Source: a virus
Taxonomy: Duplodnaviria > Caudoviricetes
DNA: 64,000 nt
Virus record (IMG/VR): IMGVR_UViG_3300044262_000032
Coordinates: 1-64,000 of that record
Strand: one strand, 5' to 3'
The notes under the pieces are model-generated. The model made no database searches and was not told the DNA's origin. It saw only the letters and a program-made list of their open reading frames with translations. A program made the translations under genes and the position numbers. Shown here one piece after another: positions 17,041-28,084 of the stretch; within the stretch, counting starts at the first letter, position 1, and each line of letters begins with the position of its first letter.

Positions 17041-18225
17041 GTGGATATTCTAATGGATCCGCAGACGCGCCTTCCAATCAAATCTTGGGCGCCATTGGAA
17101 AGTATTGAACCAGAAGCAATCGAACAGGCGAAGAACTTGGCCTCTCTTCCGTTTGCCCATCATCATATTGCTCTCATGCCAGACTGTCATTCCGGATATG
17201 GGATGCCGATCGGGGGTGTTCTTGCCACCAAGAATGTTGTAATTCCCAATGCTGTGGGAGTTGATATTGGGTGCGGAATGCTTTCGGTCAAAACGGGGCT
17301 CGGTACTCATGTTATCAACCCCGAAAGGCTTCGACTGATCTTTGGACGACTTCGGGAGTCTATCCCAGTTGGATTTGAGCACCACAAAGAGGCTCAGGAT
17401 GAGAAGTTCATGCCCGAGGATCGATCCGTACTGGAGACCGATTCGGTTGTTCGTCCTCAGTACATGGCTGCGCTAAAGCAGGTAGGAACTCTCGGTGGTG
17501 GCAATCACTTCATCGAGTTCCAAGAAGACGAGGACGGCGCTCTCTGGTTTACGGTACATTCCGGCAGTCGGAATCTGGGTCATCGAGTTGCATCGTGGTA
17601 TAACGACCGAGCGAAGGCACTCTGTGACCGATGGTTTACCTCTGTTCCGGCGAAGTGGGATCTGGCGTTTCTCCCGATTGGCGAGGATCTTACAACCAAC
17701 TACATCACGGATATGAAATACTGTGTGGAGTTCGCCAAGAAGAATCGGGAGCTGATGGCTCGTAGGATCTCCGCGGCCCTCTATGGGTTTGTACCGTTCA
17801 CAGAGGAGTGGCGCCTGGATATTGCTCACAACTATGTCCGAGCCGAGTTCCACGGTGGACAGAATCTCTGGGTTCATCGTAAGGGTGCTACATCCGCGAA
17901 GAACGGGGAGTTCGGCATCATCCCCGGCTCCCAGGGGACTCACACCTTCATTGTCAGAGGTCTGGGCAATCCTGAAAGTTTCTCCTCATGTAGTCATGGC
18001 GCAGGCAGAGTTATGGGGAGAAAGCAGGCGCAGCGTTCCCTGAATCTGAAGGAAGAACAGAAGAAGATGGAAGCTGCGGGCGTTATGGTCCATGGTCTTC
18101 GTTCTTCAAAGGATCTGGATGAAGCGCCTGGAAGCTACAAATCCATTGACTGGGTAATGTCACATCAGACCGACCTGGTTGAAGTGGTCCACACGCTACG
18201 GCCTCTTGCCGTGATGAAAGGATAG
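17041..18225 (+). CDS. rtcB: RtcB RNA ligase
   Basis: PDCHSGYGMPIG, VGVDIGCG, GTLGGGNHFIE, HSGSR, HRKGA, PGSQG, HGAGR, DEAPGSYK. Confidence 0.97.
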   Translation: MDILMDPQTRLPIKSWAPLESIEPEAIEQAKNLASLPFAHHHIALMPDCHSGYGMPIGGVLATKNVVIPNAVGVDIGCGMLSVKTGLGTHVINPERLRLIFGRLRESIPVGFEHHKEAQDEKFMPEDRSVLETDSVVRPQYMAALKQVGTLGGGNHFIEFQEDEDGALWFTVHSGSRNLGHRVASWYNDRAKALCDRWFTSVPAKWDLAFLPIGEDLTTNYITDMKYCVEFAKKNRELMARRISAALYGFVPFTEEWRLDIAHNYVRAEFHGGQNLWVHRKGATSAKNGEFGIIPGSQGTHTFIVRGLGNPESFSSCSHGAGRVMGRKQAQRSLNLKEEQKKMEAAGVMVHGLRSSKDLDEAPGSYKSIDWVMSHQTDLVEVVHTLRPLAVMKG

Positions 18226-18381
18226 AATATGGTGCTACTGGTGGTTGGTCTTATGGCGATTGGTTCTGGCGTTAGTTTGACAGTTGCCACTGGCAGTGCT
18301 GCGTATGGAACAGCTCTAACTCTGACTCTCCTCACCCTAAATGAAATAGTTCGTGGTGGAAAATAGGGAGGGGGCTAGTCT

Positions 18382-18657
18382 ATGAATCTGGTAATGTCAA
18401 CGGTTCTCACCCTCTGTTTCCAAGTCATGTTTCTAAGTATTGTTCTTCTATTCCGTAACTTCTTGGTTCATAAATACAGCCTCCGAGCCCTCAATATCGT
18501 TCATAGTATGGCATTGAAGCTGGCATTAGATGGTCGGACCGATCTGGCTGATAATCTATTCTCGGGATTTGAGACCAAGTATGGGTCGTACGATAGGAGA
18601 CTATTCTCCATTCACAAGTGGCACTTCAAGTCGTTCTTCCCAGATCTGGAGGCTTAA
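18382..18657 (+). CDS. membrane hypothetical protein
   Basis: N-terminal hydrophobic helix. Confidence 0.5.
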   Translation: MNLVMSTVLTLCFQVMFLSIVLLFRNFLVHKYSLRALNIVHSMALKLALDGRTDLADNLFSGFETKYGSYDRRLFSIHKWHFKSFFPDLEA

Positions 18658-18813
18658 TATGAGCGCAATCTCCTGGTTCGCAGGATTTGCGGTAGGTGTC
18701 TCTTTCTGTCTGTTCTCCTTTGCCCTCTATTTTCATGAGCCAGTCGCAATTATGTTTGGTGGAATGCTTGTTGGAGCTGGCGCATTCACGGTCGCCTTGA
18801 GGGACAACGGAAA

Positions 18814-19134
18814 ATGAATATTCTATTCGTCTGTACCATGAACAAGATGCGGTCCAAGACCGCCGAGAAACTATTTGAAGGCCACCCGATACATGTGGCC
18901 AAATCTGCTGGGCTCTCGCCAAAGGCAAAGACGAAGGTTACTCCGAAACTTCTTGAATGGGCTGATCTGATCTATGCCTTCGAGAGTTGGCAGGCTCGGA
19001 TGTTGAAGCGGAGAACAAAGGTAAAGCCGGTCGTCTGTCTTTATATCCCGGACGAGTTTGGCTTTATGGATTCTGACCTTATTCAGACGCTTCGGTGGCG
19101 GCTGAATAGCAAACTAGATAAAGGAGGAGGGTAA
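18814..19134 (+). CDS. low-molecular-weight PTP-like phosphatase
   Basis: N-terminal NILFVCTMNKMRSKTAE (CX5R), SAG, WADLI, IPDEF. Confidence 0.85.
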   Translation: MNILFVCTMNKMRSKTAEKLFEGHPIHVAKSAGLSPKAKTKVTPKLLEWADLIYAFESWQARMLKRRTKVKPVVCLYIPDEFGFMDSDLIQTLRWRLNSKLDKGGG

Positions 19135-19724
19135 TGAGCCGGAGATTTGTTTATGCGGATCCGCACTTCGGACACGCAAGTATTATCACCTATGCCCAAC
19201 GACCGTGGGTATCTGTGGACAAGATGGATGCGGATCTTGTCAAGTTGTACAACTCCGTAGTTGGGAAGGATGATCTTGTGTACTGGCTCGGGGATGTGAC
19301 TCTCCGAGGTCCCGACAAGAAGGGCTGGCTTGCTCGAATCCTGGGCAAGATGAACGGTCGTAAGGTCCTCGTGTTTGGCAATCATGATGATTGGCACTGG
19401 CAACACTATCTGGATGTGGGCTTTCAATCCGCACATACCTTTCTTGAGTTCCAGGATCCGGCCATTAGAGAGTCTGAATATAGAGGAATTCGCCTCTGCC
19501 ACGATCCTGCTTGGGCTCAGGATAAGAACTATCTATGGATCGTTGGTCATCTTCATAACTGCGCGTTCACCGCTCCCTATCACATTGCGGTTGTGAGTGT
19601 GGAGCTTACGGATTACAAGCCGGTTCCTATCGAACTCATTGCTTACGGTGAGCGACCTGGAGCTGGAGTGCTGCGAACGGGACCTCGGGAGAATCGCACG
19701 CCAAAGGAGTGGGGTGATGGATGA
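19134..19724 (+). CDS. calcineurin-like metallophosphoesterase
   Basis: ADPHFGH, LGD, GNHD, CHDP, GHLH. Confidence 0.9.
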   Translation: MSRRFVYADPHFGHASIITYAQRPWVSVDKMDADLVKLYNSVVGKDDLVYWLGDVTLRGPDKKGWLARILGKMNGRKVLVFGNHDDWHWQHYLDVGFQSAHTFLEFQDPAIRESEYRGIRLCHDPAWAQDKNYLWIVGHLHNCAFTAPYHIAVVSVELTDYKPVPIELIAYGERPGAGVLRTGPRENRTPKEWGDG

Positions 19725-22586
19725 GACAAAAATCCATGATGAGACCACTATCACTTGTACTTCCGATCCATCCGGAATTCTCACCTACAAAATACCTTCC
19801 ATCAATGTTGATGGGTGGGAGTCAACCTCGGCGTACATTAATATCAAAATTCCACCTGCTTGGAATAGTAATACCTTTTGGTTTCTAAACGACCAACATA
19901 CTACGGATCCAATGAAAGAGGTGGAGTAATGGGTGATATGTCAGATATGGTTAATGATGGCATACCAGAGCCACTGTATGACTACGGTGGGACCTTATCG
20001 TGTCGTTACTGTGGCCAGAGTGGATTGCACTGGGAGCAAACCATCCATGGTAAATGGTGGTTAGCAGACAGTAACTTCGAATTCCATCAATGTCCTGTTA
20101 CGTCCTGGTCATTGAAGGAGGTGAAGGAATGACTCTGGCGGAAGCTCTTGCATTGATTCAATTTGACGAGCCGTGTACCTGTGGAGGATTTGCGCCTTCT
20201 CTAAATGAGCGGGATCCAAATCAACCACATATGTCATGGTGCCCACAGTTGCCACAGTTCTTAGAGTGGCGCGATGCACTTCGGAGGGGCTAATGGACCC
20301 GCGACACCCGCTGAAAGTTGTTATTACTGTGGAAGGTGGGATGGTGACTGGGATCTGGTTGAACCGCGTGCCTAAGGAGGAAATCGCCTTTCTCATTGCG
20401 GACTATGATGTCAACGATGGGGATGTTGGTGTTGATACCGCAGGTGACCGGCGTGCTCTTGCTGAGGAAACAGCATGGGTGGATACGGTCAAGGTTCGCC
20501 AGATCCTAAATAAGTCAAGGAGGCAGACCGATGAAACATCCTAGTTACGCCGAACACGACGGCTGTCATAACTGCCACTATGTCTTCAAATTCGAGGAAT
20601 TTGACTGTTCCCCGGATTTCTACTGTACCTGTGGTGATCAGGAAAATCGTCCTCTCTCTGGCTCAGTTTATCTAGGAGAGAACTTTACACACTCTGAGAT
20701 GGGCTGGGATCACGCCTATGATATGTGGCAGAAGTGGAGCAAGGACAATCGTCTAGTTCGGCCATGGGGCACATGCCTAAACTGGGGTCTAAAGTAAAGG
20801 AGGTGAAATATGGGATTGTTCAACTATGTAAACTACTCTGCCAACTGCCGCCACTGCAAGACCGAAGTTACGGAATGGCAGACGAAGGACGGTGACTCAC
20901 GCATGGTCACTGTGAGCCCTACAACTGTGGACAGTTTCTATACCATTTGTCCTGGCTGTGGGGGTTGGCTAGATGCTGTAGTAGAAAAGGAGGTGACGGT
21001 AACGGGCATCAAAGTTAGTTTCCTGCCGAAGGCAGAGTTTACACCGAAGTGGAGCACAAAATGTGGAACTACCGAGTAGTAGAGGAGCGTGTTAACGGAC
21101 GCACAGATTTCTGGATTCGTGAGGTCTACTATAACGAAGATGGAACTATCTTCGCTATGATGGATGGGCACTCTGAGCCCTACGGCGAATCCTGTGCGGA
21201 ACTGAAGAGGGATCTACAGTTGATGTTCAAGGCATTTGATCTTCCCGTTCTCAAAGAGTGGGAGATTGAATTTGCTCCCCACAAACTGAAAGGAGACGAG
21301 CATGAGTGAGCCCTATTACATGATCGTGGCCCATGGACGGCATCGTACCCCAGAGATCGTTTCATTCCAGGGGGAGGAGGGAACGCCTGCCTTGTTCGAT
21401 ACGGTCGACGAGGCAGAAAAGGTGGCGACGTCCCTTCGTAGGAAGGAGCCGGCGCTGAAGTTTTCAACCTACAAGTTGGAGGACTAGACATGGGGAAGAA
21501 GTGGCTGGAAGATATTGACCTGAAGGACGTGTTCGAGGATTACGCCTGTGGCACATATGAAATCGAGGACGTGGTCGATGAAATCTGTGCCCAACTCCGG
21601 CTGTGCGATCGGTTTCACAAGGACGACAAGTTGCTGGACATCATGAACGAATTCGAGGATATCGCAGCCTCGGTCGAGCCTGAAGAGACCCGTGAAGAAG
21701 CATTTGACGCGACGATGAATAAGTTGTACGATTGGGCAGATGAGGGGAGGAAGCTCCTGATTAAGACTGCCTAATTTGGAGGACTGTCATGCTGAAAGTG
21801 GATGTCCACAGACCGATTGGTGAGGAGGACATCGAGGTTCCGTGCGAGTCCGCGCTCATTATTACACTAAGTAAGGATGAAAGCGGTAAGACTGATGCCT
21901 GCCGAACGATCATTGCGGGTCAGATTTCCTTTACCGACCTTATGGTTATGACTCGTATGATGGCTGAGCAGGTTGAAGACTGCGCCCGAAGCCAATTCGA
22001 TGCCGACACATTCAATGTGGTGGACATGCTCCAGCATGTAATGGCCCACCGCTATGTCCTTGAAAACCTGAACACGGAGAAGGTTGTCGCTCACTAATGA
22101 GAACCCTGGTTTGCATAAAGGATGTTCAAGATGAGGCAAACGTGCCTCTAAGATGCCCATTATGCGGACTGACAGATCTGCCCGTTGTTACCTGCCATCT
22201 GGATATCTCTGCCAAAGGGACGGTTATCATTCAGAAGGGGGCGGAGTGCCCTGTTCATGGGTACTTCAATACAACCAAAGGTATCAAGGCGGTGCAGATG
22301 TATGGCCGTGACGCGCAAGTTATACCAAGCCACTAAATCGCTTTTCAAGTGCTTGAAAAGAGAAAGGAGCGATATGGTTACAGGTGTGACCGATGGCTAT
22401 CACAACAACTGGAATCCCGACACTGGCAACTCTGCAGGCAAGTGGCCGGTTGTAGAGTGCAAGCTTCCTACACTGTGGGTAATCCCCACAGATTCAGGCT
22501 GGGCCTGGACTTGCTCAGTCTGTCACGACATGATTCTCACCGAGAAGTTTGTTCGACCGAAGCACAAGTGCTTGACATCCGAGTAG
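19717..22586 (+). other. cluster of about 12 small tightly packed hypothetical ORFs, several Cys-rich
   Basis: ORFs at ~19717, 19929, 20130, 20293, 20531, 20810, 21060, 21302, 21490, 21789, 22097 and 22374, most with GGAG(G) SD and abutting or overlapping stops. Confidence 0.6.
22341..22360. repeat. dispersed palindrome, copy 3
   Basis: CTTTTCAAG-TG-CTTGAAAAG, intergenic, just before an SD. Confidence 0.85.
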
Positions 22587-22600
22587 TCCTGTAGTATTAT
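22572..22600 (+). promoter_or_regulatory. sigma70-type promoter
   Basis: TTGACA-17 bp-TATTAT; the -35 overlaps a CAAG-TG-CTTG core of the palindrome family. Confidence 0.7.
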
Positions 22601-22895
22601 CTACACAAATTAGTAAGGAGAAATGAGGATGGCTCATCGAATGAGCAACAGTTGGAAGATTCCTTCCAACATCGGTGTTCGAGAAAAGCGATGGAGATTC
22701 GTATACCATGAAGGACTTCGTCTAGGTAGATGGCGATGTCCGTTGACCTTCGCAACGACAGCCCGAAGGTTAGTAGGTATCGACCCTGGCACTGCACGAG
22801 AAGGTGTTCTTCTTGACCGTCTTGCCTGTCCGGGAAACTCAGATAAGTTGGATCGACTGCTGTGTGTCAGCAGATAACCACGGAGGGTAGGGATC

Positions 22896-23264
22896 ATGGT
22901 CATTACACCAGAACTCCTTGAAGCCATTGACGCTATTGGTTTCGCTCGTAGCCAAATCAAGAAACTCAAGGAGACGGATGACAAGTATTCCAAAGAAGTA
23001 AAGGAGAAGCTCGGGGCAGGCGAGGTCGTTACTACGGAGTCTTTCCGCGCCGAGCTGGTTGTTCAGAACAACCGAGTTCTCGATCAGGAAAAGCTCCGTA
23101 AGAAGATTGGTCAGAAGAAGTATTTTGAATTGGCGAAGATCACCATCGAAGACCTCAAGAATGTTTTAGGGGCGGAAGAGATTGACGAGTGTACAACTTC
23201 CTTCAAGGAGGTTCGTAAACTCAATGTTAATCCTCTGTCCGAACCTATGAAATCCGTCCAGTAA
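22896..23264 (+). CDS. hypothetical protein
   Basis: GGAGGG SD; 122 aa. Confidence 0.7.
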   Translation: MVITPELLEAIDAIGFARSQIKKLKETDDKYSKEVKEKLGAGEVVTTESFRAELVVQNNRVLDQEKLRKKIGQKKYFELAKITIEDLKNVLGAEEIDECTTSFKEVRKLNVNPLSEPMKSVQ

Positions 23265-23340
23265 AGGGGGTGACAGGTGTATAGACCTAGCGGGTAGAAG
23301 TTATTAAAAGGAGTTAACCACAACTTACGAGAGGACTAAA

Positions 23341-24225
23341 ATGGTTAAGACCGCTACCGCAGTTGAAGTGAAGGCAAAGCAGGGCGTGAAGCCAAAGACT
23401 ACTGAGGAACCGGATGATGACTTCAAGAAGGCTAAGCGTTGTCTCGATTCCATTGGTGAGACATGGTACACCTTCGATGTCACCGTAGCCTCGATCTACA
23501 CGCAGGGGAAGTATGATGGAAAGTACCCCAACTTTAAGGAGTGCGCGAAGGCAGAGTGGGGTATGAACTATGTTACTGCCATGAACCATGTAAAGGTCGG
23601 CATGGCAATCGACAAGTTCTCTCTTTCCAAGACTGCACTTCAGGAGTTCGGTATTAGTTGGACGAACTTCATGGAGATCAGCGGTACGCTTACTCCAGAC
23701 ATGACCAAGAATCAGGTCGAGGGTCGCATCAAGAAGGCGGCCGAGATGACCCACGATGAGGTCGTCAAGTTCAAGAAGGAAATCCAGCACGGCACAGCAG
23801 ATGGGCCGAAGGACAAGTTCGTTACGCTGACCTTTAAGTTCAAGAATGAGGCGGCGGATGTCATCATCAATACCCTGAATCAGGCAAAGGAATTGACTGG
23901 TACAGAATTCGATGATGCTGCCCTTGAATACATCTGTCTCGACTGGCAGAACGAGCACGATCCTAAGAATGTTGGGAAGATCAAGAAACAGATGGTGACT
24001 GATCTGCTGGTCGACCCTGACGCTGCAGAGGAAGCTGCGGCTGAGCCGGCTCCCAAGAAGAAATACAAGACGAGGGCAGACAAGGGCAAGAAGAAAGTTG
24101 TCGAGGACGAGGAATTGGTCGAACAGGAAGATACAGACGAGGACGAACTCGATGAACTGAACTTTGATACTGAGGACGCAGCTGAGGACGAGGAGGAAGA
24201 TGACGACGACCTCCTTGGGGTCTAA
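23341..24225 (+). CDS. hypothetical protein with acidic tail (possible DNA-binding)
   Basis: GAGGA SD; GKYPNFKECAKAEWGMNY segment resembles helical DNA-binding motifs; D/E-rich C-terminus. Confidence 0.7.
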   Translation: MVKTATAVEVKAKQGVKPKTTEEPDDDFKKAKRCLDSIGETWYTFDVTVASIYTQGKYDGKYPNFKECAKAEWGMNYVTAMNHVKVGMAIDKFSLSKTALQEFGISWTNFMEISGTLTPDMTKNQVEGRIKKAAEMTHDEVVKFKKEIQHGTADGPKDKFVTLTFKFKNEAADVIINTLNQAKELTGTEFDDAALEYICLDWQNEHDPKNVGKIKKQMVTDLLVDPDAAEEAAAEPAPKKKYKTRADKGKKKVVEDEELVEQEDTDEDELDELNFDTEDAAEDEEEDDDDLLGV

Positions 24226-24227
24226 CT

Positions 24228-24554
24228 ATGGCTACGCCCAATGTCTGGATTGCTAATCGAGGGAATCATCCCTACGAAAGCGCTGAGAAGTTTGGTGCTC
24301 TGAAAGTCCTGACCGATGGGCGCATAAATATCTTTGCGATGGACAACCTCTCGGCCGAGATATGGGGAATCCTAGATAAGGAGGGACAGGAACGTGATTT
24401 CGTCCTGATCTCTGGCTATGCCATTCCTAATATTCTCGCTGTAAACTGGTTCCTACAGAAGTTTGGAAGGTGTCGTCTGCTCGTTTGGGGCGCTAATCGC
24501 TCCAAGTACATGGTACTCACTATGAATAACTATAGGGAGAAGCCACCATGTTAG
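24228..24554 (+). CDS. hypothetical protein
   Basis: 108 aa, alpha/beta pattern, tight packing. Confidence 0.65.
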   Translation: MATPNVWIANRGNHPYESAEKFGALKVLTDGRINIFAMDNLSAEIWGILDKEGQERDFVLISGYAIPNILAVNWFLQKFGRCRLLVWGANRSKYMVLTMNNYREKPPC

Positions 24555-24871
24555 GAGAAGATCCACTCACAGGCGGCTATATAATTCCTTCCGATCTTAG
24601 CAAGAAGTTTTTGGAGTTGCTTGCTAAAAACGGATACAACACGGATCAAAACGAAAAGATGAGGGAAGTGGAAGATGGCTGAGTACTGGGTAACACCCAC
24701 CACATATTGGGTATCTACTTCAACTGAGACAACAACGGGCTCTACATACTCGGCTGCGTATTGGAAAAAGATAGCAGAGGACTATGCCGCTTTCACTTCC
24801 GAGTATAAGTCGTGGGGTGCGAAGCCCAAGTCAGATCAACGACCTGATGCTCCAATGAAAGAGGTGGAGTA

Positions 24872-25543
24872 ATGGCGGCCGAAGAGTGGGATCAATATGT
24901 CATTGGGGCAATTGAAGCACTCTTCGGCCCCGTTCCTCGAATCGCCGAGGAGTTTAGACGAGAGATGTTGGAACGAGAGCAAATGCGGGAAGATGCGATT
25001 CGAGAAAGGAGGAAAGAACAGTTGGCAATGACTATGACTAGGCCTGTTAGACCAACAATACAGTTGGAGACGGGGGAAGATAGAATTGATAAGTTTCACT
25101 CTGCCCGGTTGTTCTTCGTGTATGTCACGCCAACTGGTGTAGAGGTGCCAATCACAAAGTGCCCGTCATTGACGAAGATTGGCAGTAAGGCGACTGGTGG
25201 CTTTGACGGAGGGAGTAGACGAGTCCTTACCGACTATGAACTGCGTGCTCCTACCATGCTCAAGATGGTGAACATAGTTTCCAAATTGGGAACTCAGAAG
25301 CGTGTGGCTAATCTCTTTATTCACACCGGGCCAGAAGAAGCGTCCATTCAGTTAGTTGGGATGGATGGATTTGGAAAGTTCAAAGGCCGGGGTAAGGTTC
25401 TCTATGATTTGTCCTCTCTTCGGGAAGACAAGATCAATACGCCAATTACCCTGCAGGTTCTCAAGGACATCTTTGGTATGACCATGCTACAGCCACCTAT
25501 AAAGAGCGGGGTGTGCGCCCCTCGTTCAATGATCTTTGACTAA
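24872..25543 (+). CDS. hypothetical protein
   Basis: GAGGTGGAG SD; 223 aa. Confidence 0.65.
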   Translation: MAAEEWDQYVIGAIEALFGPVPRIAEEFRREMLEREQMREDAIRERRKEQLAMTMTRPVRPTIQLETGEDRIDKFHSARLFFVYVTPTGVEVPITKCPSLTKIGSKATGGFDGGSRRVLTDYELRAPTMLKMVNIVSKLGTQKRVANLFIHTGPEEASIQLVGMDGFGKFKGRGKVLYDLSSLREDKINTPITLQVLKDIFGMTMLQPPIKSGVCAPRSMIFD

Positions 25544-25889
25544 GATGAAAAAGATCGACGGGATGGTTACTGCCCTCAAGGGCACGTGTATCAACGATTG
25601 GAACGCAGCGCAGTTGAGTGCCTTCTGCACCATTGCATTGAGTATGATGCGGAAGCAATATCAAATGAGAATTGATTCCATACCAGGGTTATCCGAAGAA
25701 CAGAGAGCCCTTATCCACGAAGAAATTCTCAAGGAATCAGAAGATGTGATTTCCAACCTTATTATCATGGGACTGGAATATCATCATCTGAAGATCGAGA
25801 ACCTGAAGTCCACAGGTTCGGAAACTAAGAAAGTGAAACGTGGACTGTTTCTAGAGGAGACATCTGATGTCGGTGGCACGGAAGGTTGA
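25536..25889 (+). CDS. hypothetical protein
   Basis: 117 aa, overlapping its neighbours. Confidence 0.5.
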   Translation: MTKMKKIDGMVTALKGTCINDWNAAQLSAFCTIALSMMRKQYQMRIDSIPGLSEEQRALIHEEILKESEDVISNLIIMGLEYHHLKIENLKSTGSETKKVKRGLFLEETSDVGGTEG

Positions 25890-26238
25890 GATTGATTATG
25901 ACCTAGAGGTGCTGGCAGAAGCGGCGAAGGACGCCGGCTTCATTGTCAGTAGAAATGCTGGTGCCCGAGACTACTGGGGCAAGCACATGAAGGGCGCTGA
26001 GAAGTGCGAGCTGGTTATCAGCTCCAAGACTCATAAGTTCGATATGGGTTTTGTAAAGCAGCCCAAGGGTGGCGTGGTCATGTACGCGGATGCTCATGGT
26101 GGGCATGTGCAGAATGACCTGGCCAATAAGATTCTTCCCCGATATATGGAGAAGATGGTAGATCGTAGCAAGCGGTTCAAGGTATCGGGCCGCACAGAGA
26201 CCGCGAAGATGATTACTTTGACGGTCGGCCGGAGGTAG
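25867..26238 (+). CDS. DUF1257 (Ycf35-like) protein
   Basis: LEVLAEAAKDAGF...RDYWG...ELVI...FDMGFVK...MYADAHG pattern. Confidence 0.7.
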   Translation: MSVARKVEIDYDLEVLAEAAKDAGFIVSRNAGARDYWGKHMKGAEKCELVISSKTHKFDMGFVKQPKGGVVMYADAHGGHVQNDLANKILPRYMEKMVDRSKRFKVSGRTETAKMITLTVGRR

Positions 26239-26396
26239 CGTGAAGCGCCGTCCAGCACTTCCACTACAACGGAAGTTAATTAGACCTATTGTAGTGGCAA
26301 ATATGCTGGGGGATGAAAAGACGCTCTGGTGCCAATCCGGTGTAGGGAAGAGAACTAGGCCGGTAAATGTCCAGAAGGTTTACGAAAGGAATCCAA

Positions 26397-26591
26397 ATGG
26401 CTGATATTCGGATCATGATCGACAAGAGTACCTTCCCCCCAACCATCACTACAGAGGTGGATGGGATGAAGGGTGAGGGCTGTACCGCATTTCTCGATGA
26501 ACTACAGAAGATCCTAAGAATGGAAACGAAGCAACAGACCCTCAAGCCTGATTACAAAACTGTGGGGCAGAAGCTCCCTGCACGGAGGTAG
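26397..26591 (+). CDS. DUF2997 family protein
   Basis: IRIMID...TTEVDGMKGEGCTAFLDELQKIL...LKPDY. Confidence 0.75.
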   Translation: MADIRIMIDKSTFPPTITTEVDGMKGEGCTAFLDELQKILRMETKQQTLKPDYKTVGQKLPARR

Positions 26592-26592
26592 T

Positions 26593-26868
26593 ATGCTAAA
26601 AAAGATTGGGAAGTGGTTGTGGGACACAGGTCTTGATATGTTTTTTATGGCCGCGGGGGCGGTAGGCTTTATCCTCGCCCATAAGAATCGGGATGCGTTT
26701 ATGCTTGCAACCAGTATGTGGCTCTTGACTGTTCCGCTGTTTGACAGGAAGTTGAAGATCATCACGGAGCAACTGCGAATGCTCATTATTGCACAGCTCC
26801 CTCATGTGTTCATGGCTGAACAGACCATCAAGAAGATGGAGGCGGCTGAGCAGCAGGAGGCGAAGTAA
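26593..26868 (+). CDS. two-TM membrane protein
   Basis: two hydrophobic segments; GGAGG SD. Confidence 0.6.
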   Translation: MLKKIGKWLWDTGLDMFFMAAGAVGFILAHKNRDAFMLATSMWLLTVPLFDRKLKIITEQLRMLIIAQLPHVFMAEQTIKKMEAAEQQEAK

Positions 26869-27311
26869 TGACTTACCCGTCGACTACTCGTGAATCCACC
26901 ACCGCAGTTTGCTATGTGTGCGAGGAAGAGATTTCCAAAGTACACATGGTCTGCATTGGCCCAGATCACGATAATGAGGGTAAGTATATCTATCGGTGCG
27001 ACGACTGTTTTACAGGGTCGCCAAAGTGGATCAAACATTTTATGCACAAATCCAAGCTAGGAGACCTATTTATCAATGTCGTCAAAGCCCAAGAAGCCGA
27101 AAGATCTGGTGAGAATTCTGTTCCCAAGCCTAGGAAAATCAGGAAGGACAGACTCAAGAAACTGCGAGAACGAAGTGACAAACCTGCCGTCAAGACTAAA
27201 CGGCGTTCACGCACCACACCTGAAACGACAAAAGAAGTGAAGGGAGGGCGGAAAAAGATTGGGAGACGAAAGCGCAACAGTAGAAATGTGTCCATCCGTA
27301 GATCTGGATGA
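26868..27311 (+). CDS. hypothetical protein (CxxC zinc motif, basic tail)
   Basis: VCYVC...YRCDDC; K/R-rich C-terminus. Confidence 0.55.
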   Translation: MTYPSTTRESTTAVCYVCEEEISKVHMVCIGPDHDNEGKYIYRCDDCFTGSPKWIKHFMHKSKLGDLFINVVKAQEAERSGENSVPKPRKIRKDRLKKLRERSDKPAVKTKRRSRTTPETTKEVKGGRKKIGRRKRNSRNVSIRRSG

Positions 27312-27475
27312 CATTCACTTTGAGGTGGATGAACATTTTCAGATCCGAATGTACGGTAATGATTCCAAGCTGTTAGAAGTAGCGTGCTGTCTCTGTGCAA
27401 GGCGCACAACCTGTAAAGGTGACACCGCTGGGCTAATGGCTGAATGTAGTATTCCCTGTGGTTAAAGGAGGAAGT

Positions 27476-28075
27476 ATGAAAAAGTTCTTTCATCCGCGAA
27501 TGACTCTGGATCCTAAGCGCGTTCAGCACTTCAAGAACCACGGCCGAACCTGTTTTATTTGTGGGTTGCCGGCTGAACACTCCGTTGCGGAGTGGCCAAA
27601 TCAGTCCGATCTGTTTCAGCTATTTCTCTGCACCGCGCATTTTGCCCGGATGTTCAAAATGCCGGCTAACCGTTTCGAGAAAAAGAAGAAGGCGAAGGTG
27701 GTCACGGTGCAGAAGAAGGTGCGGGAGTTTACGCTTCGCCGGCACATGGATATCCCACTCAAGTTTGTTGGAGAGCGTCTGGTTAGCAGACATTTTAGGT
27801 GCACCGAAGCTAATTGGTTTCTCGCGTTCTATAAGACGGCAACAGGTACACAGGTGGTAAGTGTTGCGAGAGTCTTTTCGAAGAGCATGGCGTTCAATAT
27901 TGTTCTCGAAGTCAATAAGCAGGATCATCGCGTAAAAGACTTTGTTGAGGCCACCAAGACCGCTTTTCGTGCTCATGAAGAGATTAGCAAGTACGATGAA
28001 ACGGCTCTGCTTGAGATTATGCCGCAGGTCACCAGATTCTTTGAAGATTGTGCTAGTCATGTAAGTGTACTCTAA
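27476..28075 (+). CDS. hypothetical protein
   Basis: AAAGGAGG SD; CFICG...LCTAH zinc motif. Confidence 0.65.
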   Translation: MKKFFHPRMTLDPKRVQHFKNHGRTCFICGLPAEHSVAEWPNQSDLFQLFLCTAHFARMFKMPANRFEKKKKAKVVTVQKKVREFTLRRHMDIPLKFVGERLVSRHFRCTEANWFLAFYKTATGTQVVSVARVFSKSMAFNIVLEVNKQDHRVKDFVEATKTAFRAHEEISKYDETALLEIMPQVTRFFEDCASHVSVL

Positions 28076-28084
28076 GGAGATCAG

